Shown here: one piece after another, positions 1-8,134 of the stretch
How positions within the stretch are numbered: position 1 is the first letter of the stretch
How the letters are laid out: each line of letters begins with the position of its first letter
Origin: a virus
Length of the DNA stretch: 64,000 nt
Virus record (IMG/VR): IMGVR_UViG_3300035670_000035
Coordinates: 64,001-128,000 of that record
Direction: 5' to 3' (one strand)
The notes under the pieces: model-generated
Seen by the model: the letters and a program-made list of their open reading frames with translations, nothing else
What the model was told of the DNA's origin: nothing
Database searches by the model: none
Position numbers and translations under genes: made by a program

Positions 1-2
1 TA

Positions 3-86
3 CCATATTATTATAATTTACATTATCCTATTGGTATACCAGAGGATCTAATGTATTTTGAAAAATATATATATGAAAATATATAA
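3..86 (+). CDS. C-terminal end of a probable sugar-phosphate nucleotidyltransferase (partial, runs off left edge)
   Basis: Frame from nt 3 reads PYYYNLHYPIGIPEDLMYFEKYIYENI*. IGIPEDL resembles the (L/I)GTPEDL C-terminal motif of dTDP-glucose pyrophosphorylase-like NTP transferases. Not in the ORF track. Confidence 0.4.
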   Translation, partial: PYYYNLHYPIGIPEDLMYFEKYIYENI

Positions 87-399
87 AATCAAAAACTTTA
101 AAGACGGTTGGTTTATAGGAAATTTTAAACCAACAATATTTAAAACTAAAGATTTTGAAATATGTTATAAAAAGCATAAGAAAAATGAAAAATGGCCTAT
201 CCATTATCACAAAATTGCGACAGAGTATAATTATTTAATCAGCGGAAAAATGAAAATACAAAATAAAACTTTAAAAAAAGGTGATATATTCGTATTATAT
301 CCTAGTGAGGTTGCGAATCCAATATTCCTAGAAGATTGTGAATTAATCGTAGTGAAAACACCTTCGATAAAAGGAGATAAATACCATGTTAAATTATAA
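73..399 (+). CDS. Cupin-fold protein (sugar epimerase/isomerase-like)
   Basis: GWFIGNF N-terminus; cupin motif 1 HYHKIATEYNYLISG and motif 2 LKKGDIFVLYP. ATG at 73 preferred over the TTG at 58. Confidence 0.7.
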   Translation: MKIYKIKNFKDGWFIGNFKPTIFKTKDFEICYKKHKKNEKWPIHYHKIATEYNYLISGKMKIQNKTLKKGDIFVLYPSEVANPIFLEDCELIVVKTPSIKGDKYHVKL

Positions 400-1600
400 C
401 ATATTTAAAACTGAAGATCAGTTAGATAAAAATTTTTACGAAAGATATTTTATTGTCTCTTATGATTTAGAATCAAAAACTAATCTTAGAGATGCTGCAT
501 GGAATCTTGCAATAGGCCAATCTATAGGTAATCCAAGCGCAAGATCCGAATTTGAAACTCAAGATATGATAGACAATCATTGCGTATTAATATTGGCCGA
601 TGAGAAAGAGCTTTTGCAAAAGAATAAAGGAAATGTAAAATTCGCCTTCCCAGAAACAAATATAAATTTTGAAACAGATGGAATAAGTCAGCTTTTAGTT
701 CAGATCATGGGCGGACAATGCGACATAGACATTATATATCGCTGTTTTGTAACAGACCTACAATTAACAGAAAACATGAAAAAAATTCTAAAAGGTCCAA
801 AAATAGGTTTAAAAGAAATAAAACAATATTGTAATATAAGTAATGACAAACCAATATTTGGCGGTATTGTTAAACCAAAAATAGGATTATCTCCAGAAAA
901 AAATCTTGATCTTGTAAAACAGATGATTGACGGAGGATGTAATTTTATTAAAGAAGACGAAATTCTTTCTGATCCGCAACATTGCCCAATTCATAAAAGA
1001 GTTCCATTAGTTATGAACTATTTAAGGAATAGTGGTTTAAAAGTTTTTTATGCTGTATCTATACATGCAGATCCTTCACAAATTCTAAAAAGAGTTAAGC
1101 AAGTTTATGAATTAGGTGGAAATGGCGTTCATATTAATTTTCACTGTGGATTAGGAGCATATAAAAGCGTAAGAGAATTAAATCTTCCTATCCTAGTTCA
1201 TTTTCAAAAAAGTGGAGATAAGATTTTAAATTGTATAGATCATAGATATGGTATAGATCAAAATGTTATATTTAAGCTGGTCGCTCAAAGTGGTTGCTCC
1301 ACTCTGCATGCAGGAATGATTGGTGGATATATGGATAATGAGACAATAGAAGTTAAAAAGACAATAAAAATCTTAAATGATGAAAATGCTGTTCCTGCAC
1401 TTAGTTGTGGCATGCATCCAGGATTAATTGATTACATTATGAATGAAGTAGGTCATGGAAATTGGATGGCCAATGTAGGAGGAGCGCTTTCTTCTCATCC
1501 AATGGGTACTCTAGCTGGTACAAAAGCTATGCGTCAATCTATAGATAAAAATTATGGTATAGAATATCAAAAAGCTATAGATAAATGGGGTAAAAAATAA
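386..1600 (+). CDS. RuBisCO-like protein (form IV, RLP)
   Basis: GGIVKPKIGL (K175/K177), FIKEDEIL (carbamylated K201, D203, E204), LHAGMIGGY (H327, K334 replaced by Y), PALSCGMHPG, VGGALSSHPMGTLAGTKAMRQ. Confidence 0.92.
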   Translation: MLNYNIFKTEDQLDKNFYERYFIVSYDLESKTNLRDAAWNLAIGQSIGNPSARSEFETQDMIDNHCVLILADEKELLQKNKGNVKFAFPETNINFETDGISQLLVQIMGGQCDIDIIYRCFVTDLQLTENMKKILKGPKIGLKEIKQYCNISNDKPIFGGIVKPKIGLSPEKNLDLVKQMIDGGCNFIKEDEILSDPQHCPIHKRVPLVMNYLRNSGLKVFYAVSIHADPSQILKRVKQVYELGGNGVHINFHCGLGAYKSVRELNLPILVHFQKSGDKILNCIDHRYGIDQNVIFKLVAQSGCSTLHAGMIGGYMDNETIEVKKTIKILNDENAVPALSCGMHPGLIDYIMNEVGHGNWMANVGGALSSHPMGTLAGTKAMRQSIDKNYGIEYQKAIDKWGKK

Positions 1601-1668
1601 TGAGTATAGAAATAAATAAATGCAACAATAATGATTATGGCATAGATTTTACATATAAAATTATATGA
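1600..1668 (+). CDS. 22-aa mini-ORF bridging RLP and GDPD genes (possible deletion remnant)
   Basis: MSIEINKCNNNDYGIDFTYKII*. Starts in a TAATG overlap with the RLP stop and ends in an ATGA overlap with the next start. Confidence 0.35.
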   Translation: MSIEINKCNNNDYGIDFTYKII

Positions 1669-2099
1669 GAGTCATCTCTCATAGAGGCAACCTTTTAGGA
1701 ATACAAAAGAAAACAGAAAATAATCCAGATCAAGTAGACAAAGTATTGTCAATGGGTTTTGATTGCGAGATAGATGTGTGGTATAAAAATAATAATTGGT
1801 ATTTAGGTCATGACAAGCCAATTTATAAAATAAATGAAATTTTTTTAGAAAATAAAAAATTATGGTGTCATGCAAAAAACTTAAATGCTTTAAGTCTTAT
1901 GTTAAAGAATAGAAATATTCATTGCTTCTGGCATCAAAAAGATGATTTTACAATAACCTCTAAAGGTTATATTTGGACATATCCAAACAAAAATACAACA
2001 GACAATTCTGTAATAGTTTTAAAAAATAAAAAAAGTAAATTGCCTAAAAATCTTTTTGGAATATGTACAGATTTTGTACTTTTATACAAAAATACTTGA
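1665..2099 (+). CDS. Short glycerophosphodiester phosphodiesterase-like (GDPD/PI-PLC superfamily) protein
   Basis: ISHRG, GFDCEIDVW, LGHD, WCHAKN and terminal GICTDF motifs. Confidence 0.75.
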   Translation: MRVISHRGNLLGIQKKTENNPDQVDKVLSMGFDCEIDVWYKNNNWYLGHDKPIYKINEIFLENKKLWCHAKNLNALSLMLKNRNIHCFWHQKDDFTITSKGYIWTYPNKNTTDNSVIVLKNKKSKLPKNLFGICTDFVLLYKNT

Positions 2100-2124
2100 C
2101 CAAATTATATTATTAATATAATAT
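2096..2124 (+). promoter_or_regulatory. sigma70-type promoter (TTGACC-N17-TAATAT)
   Basis: -35 overlaps the TGA stop of the GDPD gene; the -10 ends 6 nt before the TTG start at 2131. Confidence 0.5.
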
Positions 2125-2130
2125 AAATTA

Positions 2131-2475
2131 TTGAAAAATATAAATCATAAACTTTGTCAATTAATAATTATAAAATATATTAAAAAAAATATAAATTGGC
2201 CACGAGAAATAAAAATAGCTAAAAGATTAGTTAAAAAATTTAATTCATTTGAATTTTGGAATAAATTAAAAGAATTAAAAAGTTCACCACCTTCATTAGC
2301 TTGGTTTTTAAAGCCTGAAGGAAAAGCTTTTCTTTTGAAAGAATATGAAATATTTAATTTAAAATTAAATAAAAATCATATTCAATTAGAAAAAAATAAA
2401 TTAGGAGAAGATAAAAAAGTTTGCCAAAAACCTAAAACCTTGCTAGAATTTATAAGATATGGGAAGAAAACCTAA
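2131..2475 (+). CDS. Hypothetical protein upstream of recA
   Basis: 114-aa ORF overlapping the recA start; no recognisable motif. Confidence 0.65.
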   Translation: MKNINHKLCQLIIIKYIKKNINWPREIKIAKRLVKKFNSFEFWNKLKELKSSPPSLAWFLKPEGKAFLLKEYEIFNLKLNKNHIQLEKNKLGEDKKVCQKPKTLLEFIRYGKKT

Positions 2476-3601
2476 AGAAGAAGTAGCTGAATCTACTGGT
2501 CCATCCGCATCAGATAGATTATTATCATTTTTAAAAGACAACAAAGAAGACCATTATAACTTTGAAGAAGAAATCTATTACAAGGTTTCAACTGGTAGTC
2601 TTAATTTAGATATCGCCACAAGCGGTGGTTTGTGTCCAGGATTGCATAGATTTATTGGTATGAATGAAGGAGGAAAAACCTCAGAAGCACTAGAAGTAGC
2701 CAAGAACTTTCTTAAAACAGTACAGAATTCTAGAGCTTTACTTTTTAAAGCTGAAGGTCGCCTAAGCAAAGAAATTAAAGAAAGATCAGGAATCAAATTT
2801 GTTGCTGATCCAAAAGAATGGGTTGATGGAACGTGTTTTGTATTTGAATGTAATATTTTTGAAACAGTATCTGAATTGATGAAAGATTTAATTCAATCCA
2901 ATGACGAAGATAAAAGATACATGTTTATTCTTGATTCAGTAGACGGTCTAATTACTAAAGGTGATAAAGAAAAAACTTTAAGTGAAGCTACAAAAGTTGC
3001 TGGAGGAGCTGTAATATCTTCAATGCTTATGAAGAAGATTTCTTTGGCTTTATCAAAGCGAGGCCATATGGCAATCTTCATTAGCCAAGTTCGATCAGAT
3101 ATTAAGCTCGATCCATATGCAGCAAACAAAGAAATAAGACAAACTACTGCAACTGGCGGTAATGCGTTGTTGCATTTTGCTAATTGGATTCTTGAATTTG
3201 AACCTCGTTACAATAAAGATCTTATCCTAGAAAAACCAAATGAAAAATATGATCCAGTTAAAAATAAGATCATTGGACATAATGTAAAAATTGGTATTAA
3301 AAAATCTACAAATGAATCAACAAATTCTAAAGTGCAATATCCAATCAAATATGGACGAAAAGAAGGATCTTCTGTTTGGAAAGAATACGAAGTAATTGAC
3401 CAAATATTGTCTTGGGAATTTGCTACTGCTAAAGGAGCATGGGTTACTTTTTCTGATGAGATTATAGAGGAACTTAAAAAATCTAATATTGAGCTTAAAA
3501 AGCAACATCAAGGCATTGATAACCTAAGACTTTATCTAGAAGAGAATAAGCCAATTACTGAATACTTTTATAATAAATTTATTAGCACACTAGCATCATG
3601 A
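2459..3601 (+). CDS. recA: RecA/UvsX-like recombinase
   Basis: STGSLNLDIATSGG, Walker A GMNEGGKT, Walker B FILDSV, FISQVR, GGNALLHFA. Confidence 0.92.
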   Translation: MGRKPKEEVAESTGPSASDRLLSFLKDNKEDHYNFEEEIYYKVSTGSLNLDIATSGGLCPGLHRFIGMNEGGKTSEALEVAKNFLKTVQNSRALLFKAEGRLSKEIKERSGIKFVADPKEWVDGTCFVFECNIFETVSELMKDLIQSNDEDKRYMFILDSVDGLITKGDKEKTLSEATKVAGGAVISSMLMKKISLALSKRGHMAIFISQVRSDIKLDPYAANKEIRQTTATGGNALLHFANWILEFEPRYNKDLILEKPNEKYDPVKNKIIGHNVKIGIKKSTNESTNSKVQYPIKYGRKEGSSVWKEYEVIDQILSWEFATAKGAWVTFSDEIIEELKKSNIELKKQHQGIDNLRLYLEENKPITEYFYNKFISTLAS

Positions 3602-4017
3602 GATTATTAAATATTAACGGCAAGCTCGTTAATAAAAATGTAAGAAGAAATCTAATAAATTGGGAAGGTAAAAGTCGTAGTAAATTACAATTTAAATTTA
3701 AGCAATTTTTCTATCCCTACTGGAAAAATCATATTGTTTATGAAGAGTTTCCAGTCTATGGCTCTATGCTTAAAGTTGATATATTAAATGCAACAAAAAA
3801 GATAGCGGTTGAGATACAAGGCAACCAACATGAGTCCTTTAATAAATTCTTTCACGATGATTCTAGATTAAAATATCTTCAAAGTATAAAAAGAGATGTA
3901 AAAAAAGAAAAATGGTTAGAAATGAATGAATTTAAATTCTTAGAATTATATGAATCTGATTTAAAGGTTTTATCACCACAATATATAGAAAAAAAATTTG
4001 ACATTTTAATTATATAA
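3598..4017 (+). CDS. Vsr/DUF559-like PD-(D/E)xK endonuclease
   Basis: VDILNATKKIAVEIQGNQH...RDVKKEKWLEMNEFKFLEL pattern. Confidence 0.65.
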   Translation: MRLLNINGKLVNKNVRRNLINWEGKSRSKLQFKFKQFFYPYWKNHIVYEEFPVYGSMLKVDILNATKKIAVEIQGNQHESFNKFFHDDSRLKYLQSIKRDVKKEKWLEMNEFKFLELYESDLKVLSPQYIEKKFDILII

Positions 4018-4026
4018 GATTATAAT
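3998..4026 (+). promoter_or_regulatory. Consensus sigma70 promoter TTGACA-N17-TATAAT
   Basis: TTGACA 3998-4003 (inside the last codons of the endonuclease gene), TATAAT 4021-4026. Confidence 0.8.
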
Positions 4027-4047
4027 ATTTTAAATAAAGAAAAATAC

Positions 4048-4695
4048 ATGATATTAAATATAAATTCTGCAGAAGTTCGTATTCAAGAAAATGAATCTAA
4101 TATAAAAGGTCTTAAATTTATACCTCAAATAACAAATTTTGGTCCAAAAGGAAATGATGAAGATCAATTACCATTTAGCACAGGTTTTGCAATAGAAGTA
4201 TCTCCATCAAATTTTTTTCTTACTGAGGAACTTACTAAAAAATATGCAAAACATCATATAGTTGAAATTGGAGTTCATAGAAATGGACAAAATTCTTTTA
4301 CTCGCGCAATGCTTAATCATAAACCAAAAAATTCAAAATATTTAGGTATAGATTTAGAGAGTAAAACCTTCTTAAATAATCAAGAAAATAATATTTACAC
4401 AATACAAGCCAACTCTTTTGAGCAAGAAAGAGTAAGGGCTTACATGCATGAAATAGGTATAGACAAAATATCAATATTTTTTATTGATGGCTGGCATTCT
4501 GTAAATACAATTATAAATGATTGGAAATATACAGATTTACTAGCTGATGATGGAATAGTGATTTTTCACGATACGAATTATCATCCAGGGCCACCTATTT
4601 TATTGGAAGCCATTGATAAAAATTTATATGACATTAAAAAATATTTTGAAAATGATAGAGCAGATTGTGGGATGGCGGTTGCTTTCAAAAAATAA
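4048..4695 (+). CDS. Class I SAM-dependent methyltransferase (Methyltransf_24-like)
   Basis: IVEIGVHRNG motif I, FFIDGWH, IVIFHDT. Confidence 0.78.
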   Translation: MILNINSAEVRIQENESNIKGLKFIPQITNFGPKGNDEDQLPFSTGFAIEVSPSNFFLTEELTKKYAKHHIVEIGVHRNGQNSFTRAMLNHKPKNSKYLGIDLESKTFLNNQENNIYTIQANSFEQERVRAYMHEIGIDKISIFFIDGWHSVNTIINDWKYTDLLADDGIVIFHDTNYHPGPPILLEAIDKNLYDIKKYFENDRADCGMAVAFKK

Positions 4696-4722
4696 AATAA
4701 ATAAAATAAAATTTCAATTTTT

Positions 4723-4732
4723 AGTGTAAAAT
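4723..4732 (+). promoter_or_regulatory. AGTGTAAAAT motif (putative late promoter class)
   Basis: Same motif found upstream of about 10 structural genes on the - strand; ends 5 nt before the GTG at 4738. Confidence 0.5.
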
Positions 4733-4737
4733 ATTCG

Positions 4738-5046
4738 GTGACGAATAAAAAGAAATTTAATTTTCCTAATAATTTGCTAAAGCAACTCGATGAATGTAGT
4801 TTTGGTGGATATATTCTATTTAATTTTAATTCTAAAGGCGATCCACAAGTATTTACAAAATTTGATAATCAAATGAACGCAATGGCTCTTTTATATTATT
4901 TGGGTTCTTGGAGCAGTACTGTAGATCAAATGAATATGGATGCAACAGCAGACGCTATTTTAGAACAAGGTAATAAAAATAATAAAAACCAAGACGATTT
5001 TGATGATGATTTTGACGATGATGGTTTCGATGATAAAAAAGACTAA
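4738..5046 (+). CDS. Hypothetical protein with acidic C-terminal tail
   Basis: 102 aa ending DDFDDDFDDDGFDDKKD; GTG start. Confidence 0.65.
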   Translation: MTNKKKFNFPNNLLKQLDECSFGGYILFNFNSKGDPQVFTKFDNQMNAMALLYYLGSWSSTVDQMNMDATADAILEQGNKNNKNQDDFDDDFDDDGFDDKKD

Positions 5047-5061
5047 TAATTAATACTTTAC

Positions 5062-5090
5062 TTGACTTTTAATTCTTATTGTAGTATCAT
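5062..5090 (+). promoter_or_regulatory. sigma70 promoter TTGACT-N17-TATCAT
   Basis: Exact 17-nt spacing; the -10 ends 7 nt before the dnaB ATG. Confidence 0.75.
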
Positions 5091-5097
5091 ATAAAGG

Positions 5098-6582
5098 ATG
5101 ATTTATTCGGTCCAAATTGAGCGCCACGTTTTAAGTGGTCTTATTAAATATCAGAACTTATTTGCGGATGTAGATGTTTTTATATCTGAAAATGACTTTT
5201 ACAATGATGTACATTCTACTATTTATGCCGTATATAAGAATATGCGACACAAAGGCGAGAATATAGATAAAGTATTACTTGCAGAAAAGATTAAAAATCT
5301 TGGAATATCTTTTAAAGATGATATTAATATTTACGATTATATAGATAATTTAAGCTTCTCTCAAATAACAGAGAAAGCCACGATGGAGGCTTGTCAAGAG
5401 CTTCTTAAATTAAGAATAAGAAGAGAGATAGTAGAAACAGCAGACAAGATTAAGACTTTTGTTTCTAAAAATAGTGAACTAACAGTAGATCAACTTTTAG
5501 CTGATGCAGATGCTATGTATAATGGAAAAATTTCAGCATATTCAACAAATGATATACCAATTAATCTTTTTAAAGACGCAGAAGATATTATTGAAGAAAT
5601 AGGTAATAGCCCTAGAGAAGAAATAGGTTTGGTAACCCCATATCCAGAATTTAATAGAATGTATGGCGGTTTAAAAAATGGAAATATTTACGCAATCGTA
5701 AGTAGGCCAGGTCAAGGAAAATCAACATGGATTAATGATATGTGTTTTAAGACATCAATAAATCCAAAGAATAAAACAAAAGCTTTGATCTTGGATACAG
5801 AAATGCAAGCTTTAGATATTAGATTTAGAATGATATCTTCACTTACTGGAGTTCCAGTATGGTATTTAGAAACTGGAAATTGGAGAAAAAATCAAGAAAT
5901 GGTAGTGAAGGTTAGAAATGCTTGGTCAACAATCAAGAACTATGAATATGACCACTATCATGTAGGATCAAAAAATATTGATCAGATTTGTTCGATCATT
6001 CGTAGATGGCATCTTTCTCAAGTAGGAAGAGGTAATCAAGCAATTATCGCTTATGATTATATAAAATTAACTGGCGAAAAAGTTGGTCAAAATTGGGCAG
6101 AGCATCAAGCTATTGGAGATAAGATTGACAAATTAAAAAGAATTTCAGAAGAGCTACAAACCCCAATAGTAACAGCGATGCAATTAAATAGAAGCGGCGA
6201 ATCTTTTAATAAAAAAGGTTCTGATATTGTTGATGATGCTTCAGCGATATCATTGTCAGATAGACTTCAATGGTTCGCTTCTTTCGTAGCTATCTTTCGT
6301 AGAAAAACAGTAGATGAATTAGCTTTAGATGGACAACAATTTGGCACTCACAAACTTATACCAACTAAAACTAGATTCCAAGGTAAAGATTCTGCTGGAC
6401 ACCAAGATATTGTCAGAAGGCTTGACGCTTCTGGAAAAGAAACATGGGCACAAAATTATCTAAACTATAGAGTAGAAAACTTCAATATAACAGAACACGG
6501 ATCATTGGTTGATGTTGCTCAAAGACAAAGAGAGCAATATGAATTAAATGATCGAAACCAAAACGATGGAGAACTATTATGA
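5098..6582 (+). CDS. dnaB: Replicative DNA helicase, DnaB family
   Basis: N-terminal helical domain, Walker A SRPGQGKST, LILDTEM, AYDYIKL, TAMQLNR, SDRLQWFAS. Confidence 0.93.
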   Translation: MIYSVQIERHVLSGLIKYQNLFADVDVFISENDFYNDVHSTIYAVYKNMRHKGENIDKVLLAEKIKNLGISFKDDINIYDYIDNLSFSQITEKATMEACQELLKLRIRREIVETADKIKTFVSKNSELTVDQLLADADAMYNGKISAYSTNDIPINLFKDAEDIIEEIGNSPREEIGLVTPYPEFNRMYGGLKNGNIYAIVSRPGQGKSTWINDMCFKTSINPKNKTKALILDTEMQALDIRFRMISSLTGVPVWYLETGNWRKNQEMVVKVRNAWSTIKNYEYDHYHVGSKNIDQICSIIRRWHLSQVGRGNQAIIAYDYIKLTGEKVGQNWAEHQAIGDKIDKLKRISEELQTPIVTAMQLNRSGESFNKKGSDIVDDASAISLSDRLQWFASFVAIFRRKTVDELALDGQQFGTHKLIPTKTRFQGKDSAGHQDIVRRLDASGKETWAQNYLNYRVENFNITEHGSLVDVAQRQREQYELNDRNQNDGELL

Positions 6583-7238
6583 ACGTAGAATTAGTATCAA
6601 TTACAAAACCAGAAATTAAAGGAATTAAAAACGCAGAAGACCTTGTTGCGTTTTGTGCAAGAGTCAGTAATCCATCTAATCAGATGAATACAGAAACTGC
6701 TCCAAAACTTTTGAAATTCTTGATAAAATACAAACATTGGAGTCCGTTTGAATTAGTTGATATGTGTGTTGAAATTAAAACTAGTCGTGGTATTGCAGCG
6801 CAAATCCTTAGACATAGATCATTTAGCTTTCAAGAATTTAGTCAAAGATATAGTATCGCAAATGAGTTTGAGGATATTGAACTCCGTTTGCAAGGAGATA
6901 AAAATAGGCAAGTTGGCGAAAAGTTAATGCCAATAGACACAGATGCTTATGATAAAGTTAGCGAACTATTAGTAGAATCACTTTCAATCTCACAACATTG
7001 TTACGAGACAATGATTGAGAATGGGGTAGCTAAAGAAGTAGCTAGGATGATACTTCCTTTAACCACTCAAACAACGATGTATATGAAGGGATCTCTTCGT
7101 AGTTGGATTCATTATATAGAACTAAGAACAGAACAGAATACTCAGAAAGAACATAGATTAATAGCTGAACGTTGTAAGAAAATTTTTATTAAAGAATTCC
7201 CAGTAATTAGCGAGGCATTAGAATGGAAAGCGGAGTAA
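6579..7238 (+). CDS. thyX: FAD-dependent thymidylate synthase
   Basis: HWSPFE, ThyX signature RHRSFSFQEFSQRY, EVARMILP, GSLRSWIHY. Confidence 0.96.
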   Translation: MNVELVSITKPEIKGIKNAEDLVAFCARVSNPSNQMNTETAPKLLKFLIKYKHWSPFELVDMCVEIKTSRGIAAQILRHRSFSFQEFSQRYSIANEFEDIELRLQGDKNRQVGEKLMPIDTDAYDKVSELLVESLSISQHCYETMIENGVAKEVARMILPLTTQTTMYMKGSLRSWIHYIELRTEQNTQKEHRLIAERCKKIFIKEFPVISEALEWKAE

Positions 7239-8134
7239 ATATTCACGAAATCTTAACTAGCATAGGCTATACTCTAAAAGATTTTGGCAAAGAGTATAGA
7301 GCTAAACCTATTTATCGTGATAGCGATAATGATACTGTCTTAAGGATTTATAAAGACACTGGTTTTTGGGTTGATTTTAAAGAGAATATAAGTGGAGATT
7401 TTAATTCTTTAGTTAAGCTTAGTCTAAAGTTACAAACCGAAGATGAAGCCAAAACTTGGCTTAAAAATAAAAACTTTCAATACTTTGTTGCTCCTACTGA
7501 AAAACCTAAAGTAAAAGACAAAAAGATCTTTGACAAAGATTTATTATTAAAATTATCTAAAGATCACACCTATTGGATAAATCGAGGAATTGAAGAGAAT
7601 ACAGTTCAGTTATTTAATGGTGGAATAGCATCTGCTGGCAAAATGAAAGATAGATATGTATTTCCAATTTTTAATAGTAAAAATGAAATAGTAGGATTCT
7701 CTGGTAGAGACATAACTAATAAAAGTAAAATTAAATGGAAGCATTTAGGAGATAAAAGCTCTTGGTGTTATCCAACATTCTTAAATCTAGAATCAATACA
7801 GAAAACAAGAGAAGTATTTCTTATTGAAAGTATAGGTGATTGTCTATCTTTATATCAAGCTGATATTAAAAATACTATCGTAACTTTTGGTTTAGAAATA
7901 AGCGTCTCAATTTTAAATTTCTTATTAAAAATCGATCCAATTAAAATCTATATATCATTTAATAATGATGAAGCTAAAAATAGCGCAGGTAATGAAGCAT
8001 CAAAAAAAGCATATAATAAACTACTAAGATATTTTGACCCAAAACAATTAGTAGTAAAGCTTCCAACTAAAAAAGATTTTGGCGAGATGACTATAGAAGA
8101 AATACAATTATGGCAAAAGAATCTAAACAATTAA
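7223..8134 (+). CDS. dnaG: DnaG-like primase (Toprim) lacking zinc-finger cysteines
   Basis: YVFPIFNSKNEIVGFSGRD, KWKH, VFLIESIGDCLSL, SFNNDEA...AG, DFGE. Confidence 0.85.
   Translation: MESGVNIHEILTSIGYTLKDFGKEYRAKPIYRDSDNDTVLRIYKDTGFWVDFKENISGDFNSLVKLSLKLQTEDEAKTWLKNKNFQYFVAPTEKPKVKDKKIFDKDLLLKLSKDHTYWINRGIEENTVQLFNGGIASAGKMKDRYVFPIFNSKNEIVGFSGRDITNKSKIKWKHLGDKSSWCYPTFLNLESIQKTREVFLIESIGDCLSLYQADIKNTIVTFGLEISVSILNFLLKIDPIKIYISFNNDEAKNSAGNEASKKAYNKLLRYFDPKQLVVKLPTKKDFGEMTIEEIQLWQKNLNN

Noticed and set aside
386-1600. Bona fide carbon-fixing RuBisCO as an auxiliary metabolic gene
   Set aside because: E60, N123, H294 and K334 equivalents are substituted; no small subunit, PRK or AMP-pathway genes are nearby.
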